A stretch of DNA of 10,782 nucleotides from a virus: UHGV virus genome UHGV-0072853, one strand, 5' to 3'. The notes under the pieces are model-generated. The model was not told where the DNA came from and did no database searches. It was given only the letters and a program-made list of their open reading frames with translations. The position numbers and the translations under genes were made by a program. Below, one piece after another: positions 1 to 8,165 of the stretch. Position 1 is the first letter of the stretch. Every line of letters starts with the position of its first letter.

Positions 1-761
<761 letters not shown>

Positions 762-769
762 GACATTCC

Positions 770-801
770 CGCTCTTACACATCCCAGCCCTGAAAAAGGG
801 C
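770..801 (+). promoter_or_regulatory. nutR-like N-utilisation site (boxA CGCTCTTACAC, boxB GCCCTGAAAAAGGGC)
   Basis: boxA-like CGCTCTTA at 770..777. At 787..801 a 5-bp stem GCCCT/AGGGC around a GAAAA loop matches the lambda nutR boxB hairpin. It sits immediately downstream of cro as in lambda. Confidence 0.75.
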
Positions 802-827
802 ATTACCAGAAACAAATCTCTATGGTT

Positions 828-841
828 TTGCGTTTCTTTGC
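828..841 (-). promoter_or_regulatory. Candidate CII-binding direct repeat TTGC-N6-TTGC (PRE-like)
   Basis: TTGCgtttctTTGC lies 37 bp upstream of the cII ATG. This is the motif bound by lambda CII at PRE. Orientation and promoter activity are not determinable from sequence. Confidence 0.35.
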
Positions 842-877
842 GAAGCCAACTCTATCTAATCATTAAGGAAATTATCT

Positions 878-1159
878 ATGGGTACTATTGCAACTAAAAG
901 CAAGAAAGCGGCTCGCATCGAGTCAGCCTTGCTGAACAAACTGGCACTGATGGGGCAGAAGACATTCGCTCGAGCAATGGGGGTTCCTGAATATCAGGTA
1001 AGCCGATGGAAGAATGGTTTCTTCTCGCAGGTAAGCATGATGCTGGCTGTTCTGGAATACGGAATCGAAGACGATGAAATGGCTGAGCTGACTAAGCGGC
1101 TTGCCAATTACCTGACAAAAGAAAAAGCCCCGAAGAACGGCGAATTCTTCGAGGCCTGA
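878..1159 (+). CDS. cII: CII-like transcriptional activator (93 aa)
   Basis: AAGGA 9 nt upstream of the ATG. The protein contains RIESALLNKLALMG...SRWK...SMMLAVLEYGIEDDEMAEL, clearly similar to lambda CII (RIESALLNKIAMLG...SRWKRDW...SMLLAVLEWGVVDDDMARL), and is in the conserved position after cro/nutR. Confidence 0.85.
   Translation: MGTIATKSKKAARIESALLNKLALMGQKTFARAMGVPEYQVSRWKNGFFSQVSMMLAVLEYGIEDDEMAELTKRLANYLTKEKAPKNGEFFEA
1117..1154 (-). terminator. Intrinsic terminator on the minus strand (oop-like antisense RNA terminator)
   Basis: On the minus strand a 10-bp stem (CCTCGAAGAA / TTCTTCGGGG, one G-U pair) with a 7-nt loop is followed by CTTTTTCTTTTGT. It overlaps the 3' end of cII, as the lambda oop terminator does. 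Confidence 0.6.
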
Positions 1160-1193
1160 TGTAGAAAGACTGGATCAATCCACAGGAGTAATT

Positions 1194-1355
1194 ATGACAA
1201 AACGTCGTAAGAAATACCAGGAAAAAGAAGAGATTCGACACCCTGATTCACCTGAGGGATTAGTGGTAGCCGCAGCAAATAACAGGGCGTTCGCAGAGCG
1301 CCTTGTTGGTGTTTACAGACTAGCCAAAGCAGGAGTGAAACATGGGCGTCGTTAA
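1194..1355 (+). CDS. Small basic hypothetical protein (53 aa) between cII and the replication initiator
   Basis: ATG at 1194 with GGAG 7 nt upstream; own translation [53 protein letters not shown], stop TAA at 1353..1355. Below the ORF-track size cut-off. Positionally analogous to the small ORF between c1 and gene 18 in P22-like phages. Confidence 0.4.
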   Translation: MTKRRKKYQEKEEIRHPDSPEGLVVAAANNRAFAERLVGVYRLAKAGVKHGRR

Positions 1356-2163
1356 GTTAGCTGATTACAGGCCTCAACTGGAGGTCGTGGAGCATCGCGT
1401 GGCAGATACCGAAGATGGTTTCATGCGCGTTGCTAACGAGATTACCGACAGTCTGCTGATGGCTGATTTAACCGTCCGGCAGATGAAGGTGATGCTCGCT
1501 ATCATGCGCAAGACATACGGATTCAATAAGCCGATGGATCGACTCACAAACACGCAGATAGCAGCCATGACAGGTATTCATCACACTCATGTTTGCGCTG
1601 CCAAGCGCCAGCTTATTGAGCGTAAATTCCTCATTGCTGATGGCGTGAAAATCGGAGTGAACAAGGTGGTTTCTCAGTGGATTAGCCAGGACAGCTTAAC
1701 ATTAGCTAAAACAGCTAATAAAACATTAGCCAAGTCGGCTAATGGGTATAAGCCAAGTCAGCTAAACACAAAAGACAATATACAAAAGACAATAAATACA
1801 AATACCCCCTTACCCCCTAGCGGGGGCGGCGATGGGCAGGTTAAACCTGAACGTCGCAAGGCAGAACGAATCGACTACGAATCCTTCCTGAACGCCTACA
1901 ACACCGAAGTCGGTGACAGACTTCCACACGCTGTTGCGGTCAACGAGAAACGAAAACGCCGCCTGAAGAAAATCATTCCGCAACTGAAAACGCCAAACGT
2001 GGACGGTTTCAGAGCGTATGTCAGGGCGTTTGTGCATCAGGCCAAGCCGTTTTACTTCGGAGACAACGACACTGGCTGGACGGCAGATTTTGATTACCTG
2101 CTGAGGGAAGATTCGTTAACGGGAGTACGGGAAGGGAAGTTTGCAGACAGGGGGATTGCATGA
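1342..2163 (+). CDS. Replication initiator, lambda O-like N-terminal domain (273 aa)
   Basis: AGGAG 7 nt upstream of the ATG. The N-terminal region [37 protein letters not shown] resembles lambda O (DLTKRQFKVLLAILRKTYGWNKPMDRITDSQLSEIT). Iteron-like repeats lie inside the gene. The stop overlaps the helicase start (ATGA at 2160..2163). Confidence 0.8.
   Translation: MGVVKLADYRPQLEVVEHRVADTEDGFMRVANEITDSLLMADLTVRQMKVMLAIMRKTYGFNKPMDRLTNTQIAAMTGIHHTHVCAAKRQLIERKFLIADGVKIGVNKVVSQWISQDSLTLAKTANKTLAKSANGYKPSQLNTKDNIQKTINTNTPLPPSGGGDGQVKPERRKAERIDYESFLNAYNTEVGDRLPHAVAVNEKRKRRLKKIIPQLKTPNVDGFRAYVRAFVHQAKPFYFGDNDTGWTADFDYLLREDSLTGVREGKFADRGIA
1681..1826. repeat. Putative origin of replication: four ~20-bp iteron-like direct repeats, an AT-rich tract and a C5/G5 hairpin inside the O-like gene
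   Basis: Repeats ATTAGCCAGGACAGCTTAAC (1681..1700), ATTAGCTAAAACAGCTAATA (1701..1720), ATTAGCCAAGTCGGCTAAT (1725..1743) and TAAGCCAAGTCAGCTAAAC (1749..1767), then an A-rich tract (1768..1805), then CCCCCTAGCGGGGG (1807..1826). Same organisation as lambda ori within O. Confidence 0.65.
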
Positions 2164-3536
2164 GACAGGATATCGAAGCGAGCGTTATCGGTGGCTTGCT
2201 GATTGGTGGATTAACACCAACCGCCAGCGACGTTCTGGCAACGCTGGAGCCGGAAGCGTTTTCAATTCCGCTCTACCGGAAAGCCTTCGAGGTTATCCGC
2301 AAGCAGGCGAGAAACAGAAACCTAATCGACGCGCTGATGGTTGCCGAGGCGTGCGGAGAGGAGCATTTCACGTCAATCCTGATGACCAGCAAAAACTGCC
2401 CGAGTGCCGCAAACCTGAAGGGATATGCCGGAATGGTCGCGGATAACTATCACCGCCGTCTGGTGCTGGAAATCATGGATGAAATGCGTGAACCAATTCA
2501 GAGCGGAACCATCGACGCATCGAGTCAGGCGATGGATGAGCTTGTAAAGCGTCTTTCAGCCATCAGAAAGCCCCGTGACGAGGTTAAACCGGTACGGTTA
2601 GGGGAAATCATCACCGACTACACTGACACGCTTGACAGGCGTCTGAGGAACGGAGAAGAGTCAGATACCCTGAAGACCGGAATCGAAGAACTTGATGCCA
2701 TCACCGGAGGGATGAACGCGGAAGACCTGGTGATAATCGCTGCTCGTCCTGGTATGGGGAAAACCGAACTGGCTCTGAAGATTGCCGAAGGCGTTGCAAG
2801 CCGCGTTATTCCTGGTTCTGACGTCCGGCGCGGGGTATTGATTTTCTCAATGGAAATGAGCGCATTGCAGATTGCAGAGCGAAGCATCGCCAACGCCGGG
2901 AGGATGTCGGTTAGCGTGCTGCGAAATCCTGCATCGATGGATGACGAAGGCTGGGCGCGTGTTGCTAACGGCATGAGTCAGCTTGCAGATTTGGATGTAT
3001 GGGTAGTCGATGCCTCGCGGTTATCGGTCGAAGAAATACGCTCAATCGCAGAACGGCACAAACAGGAAAATCCAAACCTGTCACTCATCATGGCGGATTA
3101 TCTTGGCCTGATTGAGAAGCCGAAAGCAGACCGCAACGACCTCGCAATTGCTCACATCTCCGGAAGCCTGAAGGCGATGGCGAAAGACCTGAAAACGCCC
3201 GTTATCTCCCTGAGTCAGCTTTCGCGCGATGTTGAGAAGCGACCAAACAAACGCCCGACAAACGCAGATTTGCGTGATTCAGGAAGCATTGAACAGGACG
3301 CAGACTCAATCATCATGCTCTATCGGGAAGCTGTATATGACGAGAACAGTAGCGCCGCGCCATTTGCTGAAATCATTGTGACGAAAAACCGTTTTGGCTC
3401 ACTTGGTACGGTTTACCAGCGGTTCTGCAACGGACACTTTGTTGCATGTGACCAGGATGAAGCCAGACAGATTTGCACAACATCAAATGCACCTGCTGCA
3501 CGTGGCAGACGATATGCACAAGGGGCTGACGTATGA
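2160..3536 (+). CDS. DnaB-family replicative DNA helicase (458 aa)
   Basis: Walker A-like GMGKT ([18 protein letters not shown]) and DnaB-like C-terminal motifs ([41 protein letters not shown]). Length and position after the O-like gene match the P22 gene 18 / gene 12 arrangement. Confidence 0.85.
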   Translation: MRQDIEASVIGGLLIGGLTPTASDVLATLEPEAFSIPLYRKAFEVIRKQARNRNLIDALMVAEACGEEHFTSILMTSKNCPSAANLKGYAGMVADNYHRRLVLEIMDEMREPIQSGTIDASSQAMDELVKRLSAIRKPRDEVKPVRLGEIITDYTDTLDRRLRNGEESDTLKTGIEELDAITGGMNAEDLVIIAARPGMGKTELALKIAEGVASRVIPGSDVRRGVLIFSMEMSALQIAERSIANAGRMSVSVLRNPASMDDEGWARVANGMSQLADLDVWVVDASRLSVEEIRSIAERHKQENPNLSLIMADYLGLIEKPKADRNDLAIAHISGSLKAMAKDLKTPVISLSQLSRDVEKRPNKRPTNADLRDSGSIEQDADSIIMLYREAVYDENSSAAPFAEIIVTKNRFGSLGTVYQRFCNGHFVACDQDEARQICTTSNAPAARGRRYAQGADV

Positions 3537-3561
3537 CCATCTACATCACTGAGCTTGTAAC

Positions 3562-3593
3562 AGGCCTGCTGGTAATCGCAGGCCTTTTTATTT
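3562..3593 (+). terminator. Intrinsic terminator between the helicase gene and ninB (tR2-like position)
   Basis: 8-bp GC-rich perfect stem AGGCCTGC / GCAGGCCT with loop TGGTAATC, followed by TTTTTATTT. Confidence 0.75.
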
Positions 3594-3609
3594 GGGGGAG
3601 AGGGAAGTC

Positions 3610-4050
3610 ATGAAAAAACTAACCTTTGAAATTCGATCTCCAGCACATCAGCAAAACGCTATTCACGCGGTACAGCAAATTCTTCCAGACCCAACCAAAC
3701 CAATCGTAGTAACCATTCAGGAGCGCAACCGCAGCTTAGACCAAAATCGGAAGCTTTGGGCTTGCCTTGGTGACGTTTCGCGTCAGGTTGAATGGCATGG
3801 TCGCTGGCTGGATGCAGAAAGCTGGAAGTGTGTGTTTACCGCAGCATTAAAGCAGCAGGACGTTGTTCCTAACCTTGCCGGGAATGGCTTTGTGGTAATA
3901 GGCCAGTCAACCAGCAGGATGCGTGTAAGCGAATTTGCGGAGCTATTAGAGCTTATACAGGCATTCGGTACAGAGCGTGGCGTTAAGTGGTCAGACGAAG
4001 CGCGACTGGCTCTGGAGTGGAAAGCGAGATGGGGAGACAGGGCTGCATGA
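3610..4050 (+). CDS. ninB: NinB recombination protein (146 aa)
   Basis: Translation MKKLTFEIRSPAHQQNAIHAVQQILPDPTKPIVVTIQERNRSLDQNRKLWACLGDVSRQVEWHGRWLD... matches my memory of lambda NinB; length 146 aa as in lambda. G-rich RBS upstream of the ATG at 3610. The supplied ORF starts 18 nt earlier in frame. Confidence 0.88.
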   Translation: MKKLTFEIRSPAHQQNAIHAVQQILPDPTKPIVVTIQERNRSLDQNRKLWACLGDVSRQVEWHGRWLDAESWKCVFTAALKQQDVVPNLAGNGFVVIGQSTSRMRVSEFAELLELIQAFGTERGVKWSDEARLALEWKARWGDRAA

Positions 4051-4892
4051 TAAATGTCGTTAGTTTCTCCGGTGGCAGGACGTCAGCATATTTGCTCTGG
4101 CTAATGGAGCAAAAGCGACGGGCAGGTAAAGACGTGCATTACGTTTTCATGGATACAGGGGCAGAGCACCCTAAAACATATGAGTTCATCCGAAATATCG
4201 TCAGTAACTGGGAAATAGACTTACATTGCCTTCGTGTAATACCTAATCCAGAAATGGGGAAGGCCAGTAGTTATGAAGAGATAGGTGTCAATGATATTGG
4301 TCCAGATCTTATACCGTGGAAAAGGATGTTGAATAAATACGGACATCCATATATCGGCGGTGCGTTCTGTACCGACAGAATGAAGTCTGTTCCATTCACC
4401 AAATATTGTCAGGAAAAGTTTGGGAAAGGAAATTACATCACATGGCTTGGCATTCGCACAGATGAACCAAACAGGATTAAAAGGGCTAATGGTTTTCGGT
4501 ACCTGGCTGATATAAGCGATTTTGAAAAACAGGATGTGCTTGATTGGTGGAGTGAGCAGAAGTTTGATCTTGGCATACAGGAGCATCTTGGTAATTGTGT
4601 TTTCTGCATAAAAAAAAGTATGCAAAAGGTGGCGCTGGCAGCCATGGATGAGCCAGAACTTGCAGATGCATTTATCAACATCCTTGATACAGAAATAAAA
4701 ACAGGAAAGGAACCGGTTATGTATCGAGGGAATAATACACTTAAATCACTGATTGCCTTGTTTAGTGATATATCAAGAGATGAGTTAGCCTCAAGAATGA
4801 CATCAATGCGACAGTATGATTCAGGTTCGTGTTCTGAATCATGTGAAGCATTTTCATGTCAGCTTGGATTTAATTTTGAGGATGTGGCATGA
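4047..4892 (+). CDS. ninC: NinC-like protein, PP-loop / PAPS-reductase-fold family (281 aa)
   Basis: ATG at 4047 overlaps the ninB stop (ATGA). N-terminal PP-loop-like motif [16 protein letters not shown]; Cys motifs NCVFCIKK and [12 protein letters not shown]. Position after ninB corresponds to lambda ninC. The supplied ORF 3987..4892 is a 5'-extended version. Confidence 0.75.
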   Translation: MINVVSFSGGRTSAYLLWLMEQKRRAGKDVHYVFMDTGAEHPKTYEFIRNIVSNWEIDLHCLRVIPNPEMGKASSYEEIGVNDIGPDLIPWKRMLNKYGHPYIGGAFCTDRMKSVPFTKYCQEKFGKGNYITWLGIRTDEPNRIKRANGFRYLADISDFEKQDVLDWWSEQKFDLGIQEHLGNCVFCIKKSMQKVALAAMDEPELADAFINILDTEIKTGKEPVMYRGNNTLKSLIALFSDISRDELASRMTSMRQYDSGSCSESCEAFSCQLGFNFEDVA

Positions 4893-5065
4893 GACGACAG
4901 CGACGAAGCATCACCGACATAATCTGTGAAAACTGCAAATACCTTCCAACGAAACGCTCCAGAAATAAACGCAAGCCAATCCCAAAAGAATCTGACGTAA
5001 AAACCTTCAACTACACGGCTCACCTGTGGGATATCCGGTGGCTAAGACATCGTGCGAGGAAATGA
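4889..5065 (+). CDS. ninD: NinD-like small protein (58 aa)
   Basis: Own translation [58 protein letters not shown]; ATG overlaps the ninC stop (ATGA). Cys-x2-Cys and basic composition as I remember for lambda NinD. Below the ORF-track cut-off. Confidence 0.7.
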   Translation: MRRQRRSITDIICENCKYLPTKRSRNKRKPIPKESDVKTFNYTAHLWDIRWLRHRARK

Positions 5066-5067
5066 CA

Positions 5068-5427
5068 ATGGATTATTCACAGTTAAGTGATTTTGAAATT
5101 AACGTGGCGGTATTCGAAGCCATTCATAACGGATCACCGGATTACAAAGAAGGTGAGAATGGCGATATGGTGTTTGTCTCATTTGAGGGAGACATTGTAA
5201 ACGGAGACGCAGTTGAAGTAGAAGTTGAGCGCGGTTCCTTTAACCCATGCGCAAACCCAGCAGACGCATGGCCGATTATTGAAAAATACAGGATTAGCAT
5301 TATCAATCTCGATGAAGACGAGTGGGGTGCACGCGGTGTGGCCTACTGTAAATCTAAGCGAGCTATACATGAAAATCCCCTCCGCGCCGCCATGATTGTC
5401 TTTCTCATGATGCAGAGAATCCAATAA
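5068..5427 (+). CDS. Acidic hypothetical protein (119 aa) in the ninE slot, possibly NinX-like
   Basis: GAGGA 7 nt upstream of the ATG at 5068; an in-frame ATG at 5062 overlaps the ninD stop. The first ~95 residues are strongly acidic (many D/E), with a short basic/hydrophobic tail. The stop overlaps the next gene (TAATG). I recognise no known fold. Confidence 0.6.
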   Translation: MDYSQLSDFEINVAVFEAIHNGSPDYKEGENGDMVFVSFEGDIVNGDAVEVEVERGSFNPCANPADAWPIIEKYRISIINLDEDEWGARGVAYCKSKRAIHENPLRAAMIVFLMMQRIQ

Positions 5428-5603
5428 TGCTTAGCCCATCCCAATCCATTCAATACCAGAAAGAAAGCGTCGAGCGAGCTTTAACGTGTGCTAACTGCGG
5501 TCAGAAGCTGCATGTACTGGAAGTTCACGTGTGTGAGCACTGTTGCGCAGAACTTATGAGTGATCCGAATAGCTCAATGTACGAGGAAGAAGATGATGGC
5601 TAA
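5427..5603 (+). CDS. ninF: NinF-like small Cys-rich protein (58 aa)
   Basis: Own translation [58 protein letters not shown]; CxxC...CxxCC zinc-ribbon-like pattern; sits immediately upstream of ninG as lambda ninF does. Below the ORF-track cut-off. Confidence 0.65.
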   Translation: MLSPSQSIQYQKESVERALTCANCGQKLHVLEVHVCEHCCAELMSDPNSSMYEEEDDG

Positions 5604-6207
5604 ACCAGCGCGAAGACGATGTAAAAACGAAGAATGTCGGGAATGGTTTCACCCTGCATTCGCTAATCAGTGGTGGTGCTCTCCAGAGTGTGGAACAAAG
5701 ATAGCACTCGAACGACGAAGCAAAGAACGCGAAAAAGCGGAAAAAGCAGCAGAGAAGAAACGACGACGAGAGGAGCAGAAACAGAAAGATAAACTTAAGA
5801 TTCGAAAACTCGCCTTAAAGCCCCGCAGTTACTGGATTAAACAAGCCCAACAAGCCGTAAACGCCTTCATCAGAGAAAGAGACCGCGACTTACCATGTAT
5901 CTCATGCGGAACGATCACGTCTGCTCAGTGGGATGCCGGACATTACCGGACAACTGCTGCGGCACCTCAACTCCGATTTGATGAACGCAATATTCACAAG
6001 CAATGCGTGGTGTGCAACCAGCACAAAAGCGGAAATCTCGTTCCGTATCGCGTCGAACTGATTAGCCGTATCGGGCAGGAAGCAGTAGACGAAATCGAAT
6101 CAAACCATAACCGCCATCGCTGGACTGTCGAAGAGTGCAAGGCGATCAAGGCAGAGTACCAACAGAAACTCAAAGACCTGCGAAATAGCAGAAGTGAGGC
6201 CGCATGA
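5593..6207 (+). CDS. ninG: NinG (Rap) recombination protein (204 aa)
   Basis: [89 protein letters not shown]... matches my memory of lambda NinG/Rap; 204 aa as in lambda. The supplied ORF 5560 start is an upstream GTG in the same frame. Confidence 0.88.
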   Translation: MMAKPARRRCKNEECREWFHPAFANQWWCSPECGTKIALERRSKEREKAEKAAEKKRRREEQKQKDKLKIRKLALKPRSYWIKQAQQAVNAFIRERDRDLPCISCGTITSAQWDAGHYRTTAAAPQLRFDERNIHKQCVVCNQHKSGNLVPYRVELISRIGQEAVDEIESNHNRHRWTVEECKAIKAEYQQKLKDLRNSRSEAA

Positions 6208-6410
6208 CGTTCTCAGTAAAAACCATTCCAGACATGCTCGTTGAAGCATACGGAAACCAGACAGAAGTAGCACGCAGACTGAAATGTAGTCGCGGTACGG
6301 TCAGAAAATACGTTGATGATAAAGACGGGAAAATGCACGCCATCGTCAACGACGTTCTCATGGTTCATCGCGGATGGAGTGAAAGAGATGCGCTATTACG
6401 AAAGAATTGA
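6204..6410 (+). CDS. ninH: NinH (68 aa)
   Basis: [68 protein letters not shown]; HTH-like, 68 aa; matches lambda NinH in sequence and position. The start overlaps the ninG stop (ATGA). Confidence 0.85.
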   Translation: MTFSVKTIPDMLVEAYGNQTEVARRLKCSRGTVRKYVDDKDGKMHAIVNDVLMVHRGWSERDALLRKN

Positions 6411-7059
6411 TGGCAGCAAATACCGAAATATTTGGGTAGTTGGCGATCTGCACGGATGCTACACGAACCTGATGAAAAAACTGGAGACGATAGGATTCGA
6501 CACCAAAAAAGACCTGCTTATCTCGGTTGGCGATTTGGTCGATCGCGGTACAGAGAACGTCGAATGTCTGGAATTAATCACATTCCCCTGGTTCCGAGCT
6601 GTACGTGGAAACCATGAGCAAATGATGATTGATGGCTTATCAGATCGTGGAAACGTCAATCACTGGCTGCTTAATGGCGGTGGCTGGTTCTTCAATCTCG
6701 ATTACGACAAAGAAATTCTGGCTAAAGCTCTTGCCCATAAAGCAGATGAACTTCCGTTAATCATTGAACTGGTGAGCAAAGGTAAAAAATATGTCATCTG
6801 CCACGCCGATTATCCTTGTGACGAATACGAGTTTGGAAAGCCAGTTGATCATCAGCAGGTAATCTGGAACCGCGAACGAATCAGCAACTCACAAGACGGG
6901 ATCGTGAAAGAAATCAAAGGAGCGGACACGTTCATCTTTGGTCATACGCCAGCAGTGAAACCACTCAAGTTTGCCAACCAGATGTATATCGATACCGGCG
7001 CAGTGTTCTGCGGAAACCTCACATTGATTCAGGTACAGGGAGAAGGCGCATGGGCATAA
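6388..7059 (+). CDS. ninI: Ser/Thr protein phosphatase, lambda NinI (PPase) type (223 aa)
   Basis: [38 protein letters not shown]...GDLVDRG...RGNHE: the calcineurin-like metallophosphatase motifs GDxHG, GDxxDRG and GNHE, as in lambda protein phosphatase. ATG at 6388 is inside the supplied longer ORF 6313..7059. Confidence 0.88.
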   Translation: MRYYERIDGSKYRNIWVVGDLHGCYTNLMKKLETIGFDTKKDLLISVGDLVDRGTENVECLELITFPWFRAVRGNHEQMMIDGLSDRGNVNHWLLNGGGWFFNLDYDKEILAKALAHKADELPLIIELVSKGKKYVICHADYPCDEYEFGKPVDHQQVIWNRERISNSQDGIVKEIKGADTFIFGHTPAVKPLKFANQMYIDTGAVFCGNLTLIQVQGEGAWA

Positions 7060-7568
7060 GAGAACTAAACCTCACCAAAGAGCAGCACGAGTGGCTGAAT
7101 GGCTGGCTTGAACTGTGGGGCGCATGGGTTTATTCAGGTCGTCTGGAAAAGCGCATGAGCAGCGTAATAGCGAAGTTCATGGAGAGCGTAGAGCCGGGAA
7201 GAGTTATGACAAGGCCAATGTGCAATGATGATGATGGAATGTTGATTTCTCAGGTCGTCGATTCCGTCATGTACATTGACAAGAAAGCCTTTGGCATCCT
7301 CCTCAGCTACTACGCTCATGGTTCATCTAAGCGAGCAATTGCATCCTACTATCACGCGACTGCAAAGCCACGCAAGATGTGTGGACGTGGTGGCGATGGA
7401 TGGAGAAAACCTTCACTGGCAACCTGTAGAAACGAAATTGACGACATCCTGAAAGCGTCGTTATTTGTTTTGTACCAACCAATGCAAAATGCTTTTAAAA
7501 TGCGTAAACGTGTTGAGAAAGTTAAGCATGTTGCTGTTAAAAGCCTTGACATGCAATTATCCATTTAG
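7050..7568 (+). CDS. Q: Late-gene antiterminator Q, QuuD / 933W / phage 21 family (172 aa)
   Basis: Located between ninI and the lysis cassette. Shares the pattern W-x-x-WGAW ... C-x-DDD-x-M-I ... YY-x-x-G with Q proteins of this family as I remember them (for example E. coli QuuD). Cys/His-rich. The ATG overlaps the ninI stop. Confidence 0.7.
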   Translation: MGIRELNLTKEQHEWLNGWLELWGAWVYSGRLEKRMSSVIAKFMESVEPGRVMTRPMCNDDDGMLISQVVDSVMYIDKKAFGILLSYYAHGSSKRAIASYYHATAKPRKMCGRGGDGWRKPSLATCRNEIDDILKASLFVLYQPMQNAFKMRKRVEKVKHVAVKSLDMQLSI

Positions 7569-7575
7569 CCATAAT
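7546..7575 (+). promoter_or_regulatory. PR'-like late promoter
   Basis: TTGACA at 7546..7551 and CATAAT at 7570..7575 (18-bp spacer) at the 3' end of Q, upstream of a terminator hairpin: the expected layout for the Q-modified late promoter. Confidence 0.5.
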
Positions 7576-7585
7576 TAGAAGGTAA

Positions 7586-7627
7586 GCTGCCGTTAGTGAC
7601 TCTTAAGTTGCAACGGTGGCTTTTTTT
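7586..7627 (+). terminator. tR'-like intrinsic terminator
   Basis: Imperfect 9-bp stem (GCTGCCGTT / AACGGTGGC, two G-U pairs) with a 17-nt loop, immediately followed by a run of seven T (7621..7627). This would give a short PR' transcript unless Q acts. Confidence 0.55.
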
Positions 7628-8145
7628 GTTTGCACAACAGGTAAGAGCATTGAACCCGCAGACCTCGCGGAATTGGTGAAAGGTGCCGCGCAGTGCTCTT
7701 ATCGTTGTGGTGAATACGCAGGCTGATGCGTTAATCAGGTGAACGAGATACCCGCCGGTCCGTGATATGGCACACCGTGCCGGTCATATCTGCCGCGGTT
7801 AGGTTTACGAGGATTTCGTAAAGCTGGTCTAGGGTGAAGCCGTGAAAGCGGAGGAAGTAAAACGAGGCGTCGGTACACGCCTATCGTCATTAAGTCGGAG
7901 TTCAGCACCGACCGCCACAACCCAAACTGAGCCGTAGCCACTGGCTATCCTGAATTCATCAGTGATAGTTACGCTGCGGCCTTCTACACATGATCTTCGT
8001 GAAAGCGGGTGGCAAGAGGCTGCGCTAACAACCCCCTGCCGTTTTGCCCGTGCATATCGGTCACGAACAAATCTGATTACTAAACACAGTAGCCTGGATT
8101 TGTTCTATCAGTAATCGACCTTATTCCTAATTAAATAGAGCAAAT

Positions 8146-8159
8146 CCCCTTATTGGGGG
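8146..8159 (+). promoter_or_regulatory. Stem-loop CCCC-TTATT-GGGGG upstream of the S dual start (sdi-like)
   Basis: Perfect 4 to 5-bp G/C stem overlapping the S Shine-Dalgarno region, 7 nt upstream of the Met1-Lys2-Met3 dual start, as in lambda S translational control. Confidence 0.5.
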
Positions 8160-8165
8160 TAAGAC

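Noticed and set aside
1374-2037. Minus-strand ORFs 1374..1568 and 1810..2037
   Set aside because: Antisense to the O-like initiator gene, which has clear homology support; no independent signals.
2141-2446. 101-aa + strand ORF (Arg/Gly-rich)
   Set aside because: Alternative frame inside the DnaB-type helicase gene; composition typical of an out-of-frame artefact.
4221-4681. Three overlapping minus-strand ORFs inside ninC
   Set aside because: They fall in the AT-rich part of ninC, where stop codons on the antisense strand are scarce by chance; the + strand frame carries the PP-loop protein.
7735-7941. 68-aa minus-strand ORF in the Q to S interval
   Set aside because: Arg/Pro-rich low-complexity translation, no RBS, in a GC-rich leader region; judged non-coding.
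7630-8160. Possible tRNA genes or stx cargo between Q and S
   Set aside because: No cloverleaf-compatible sequence on either strand. The TTGAACCC at 7650..7657 cannot form a T-arm with flanking sequence. No toxin-sized ORF present.
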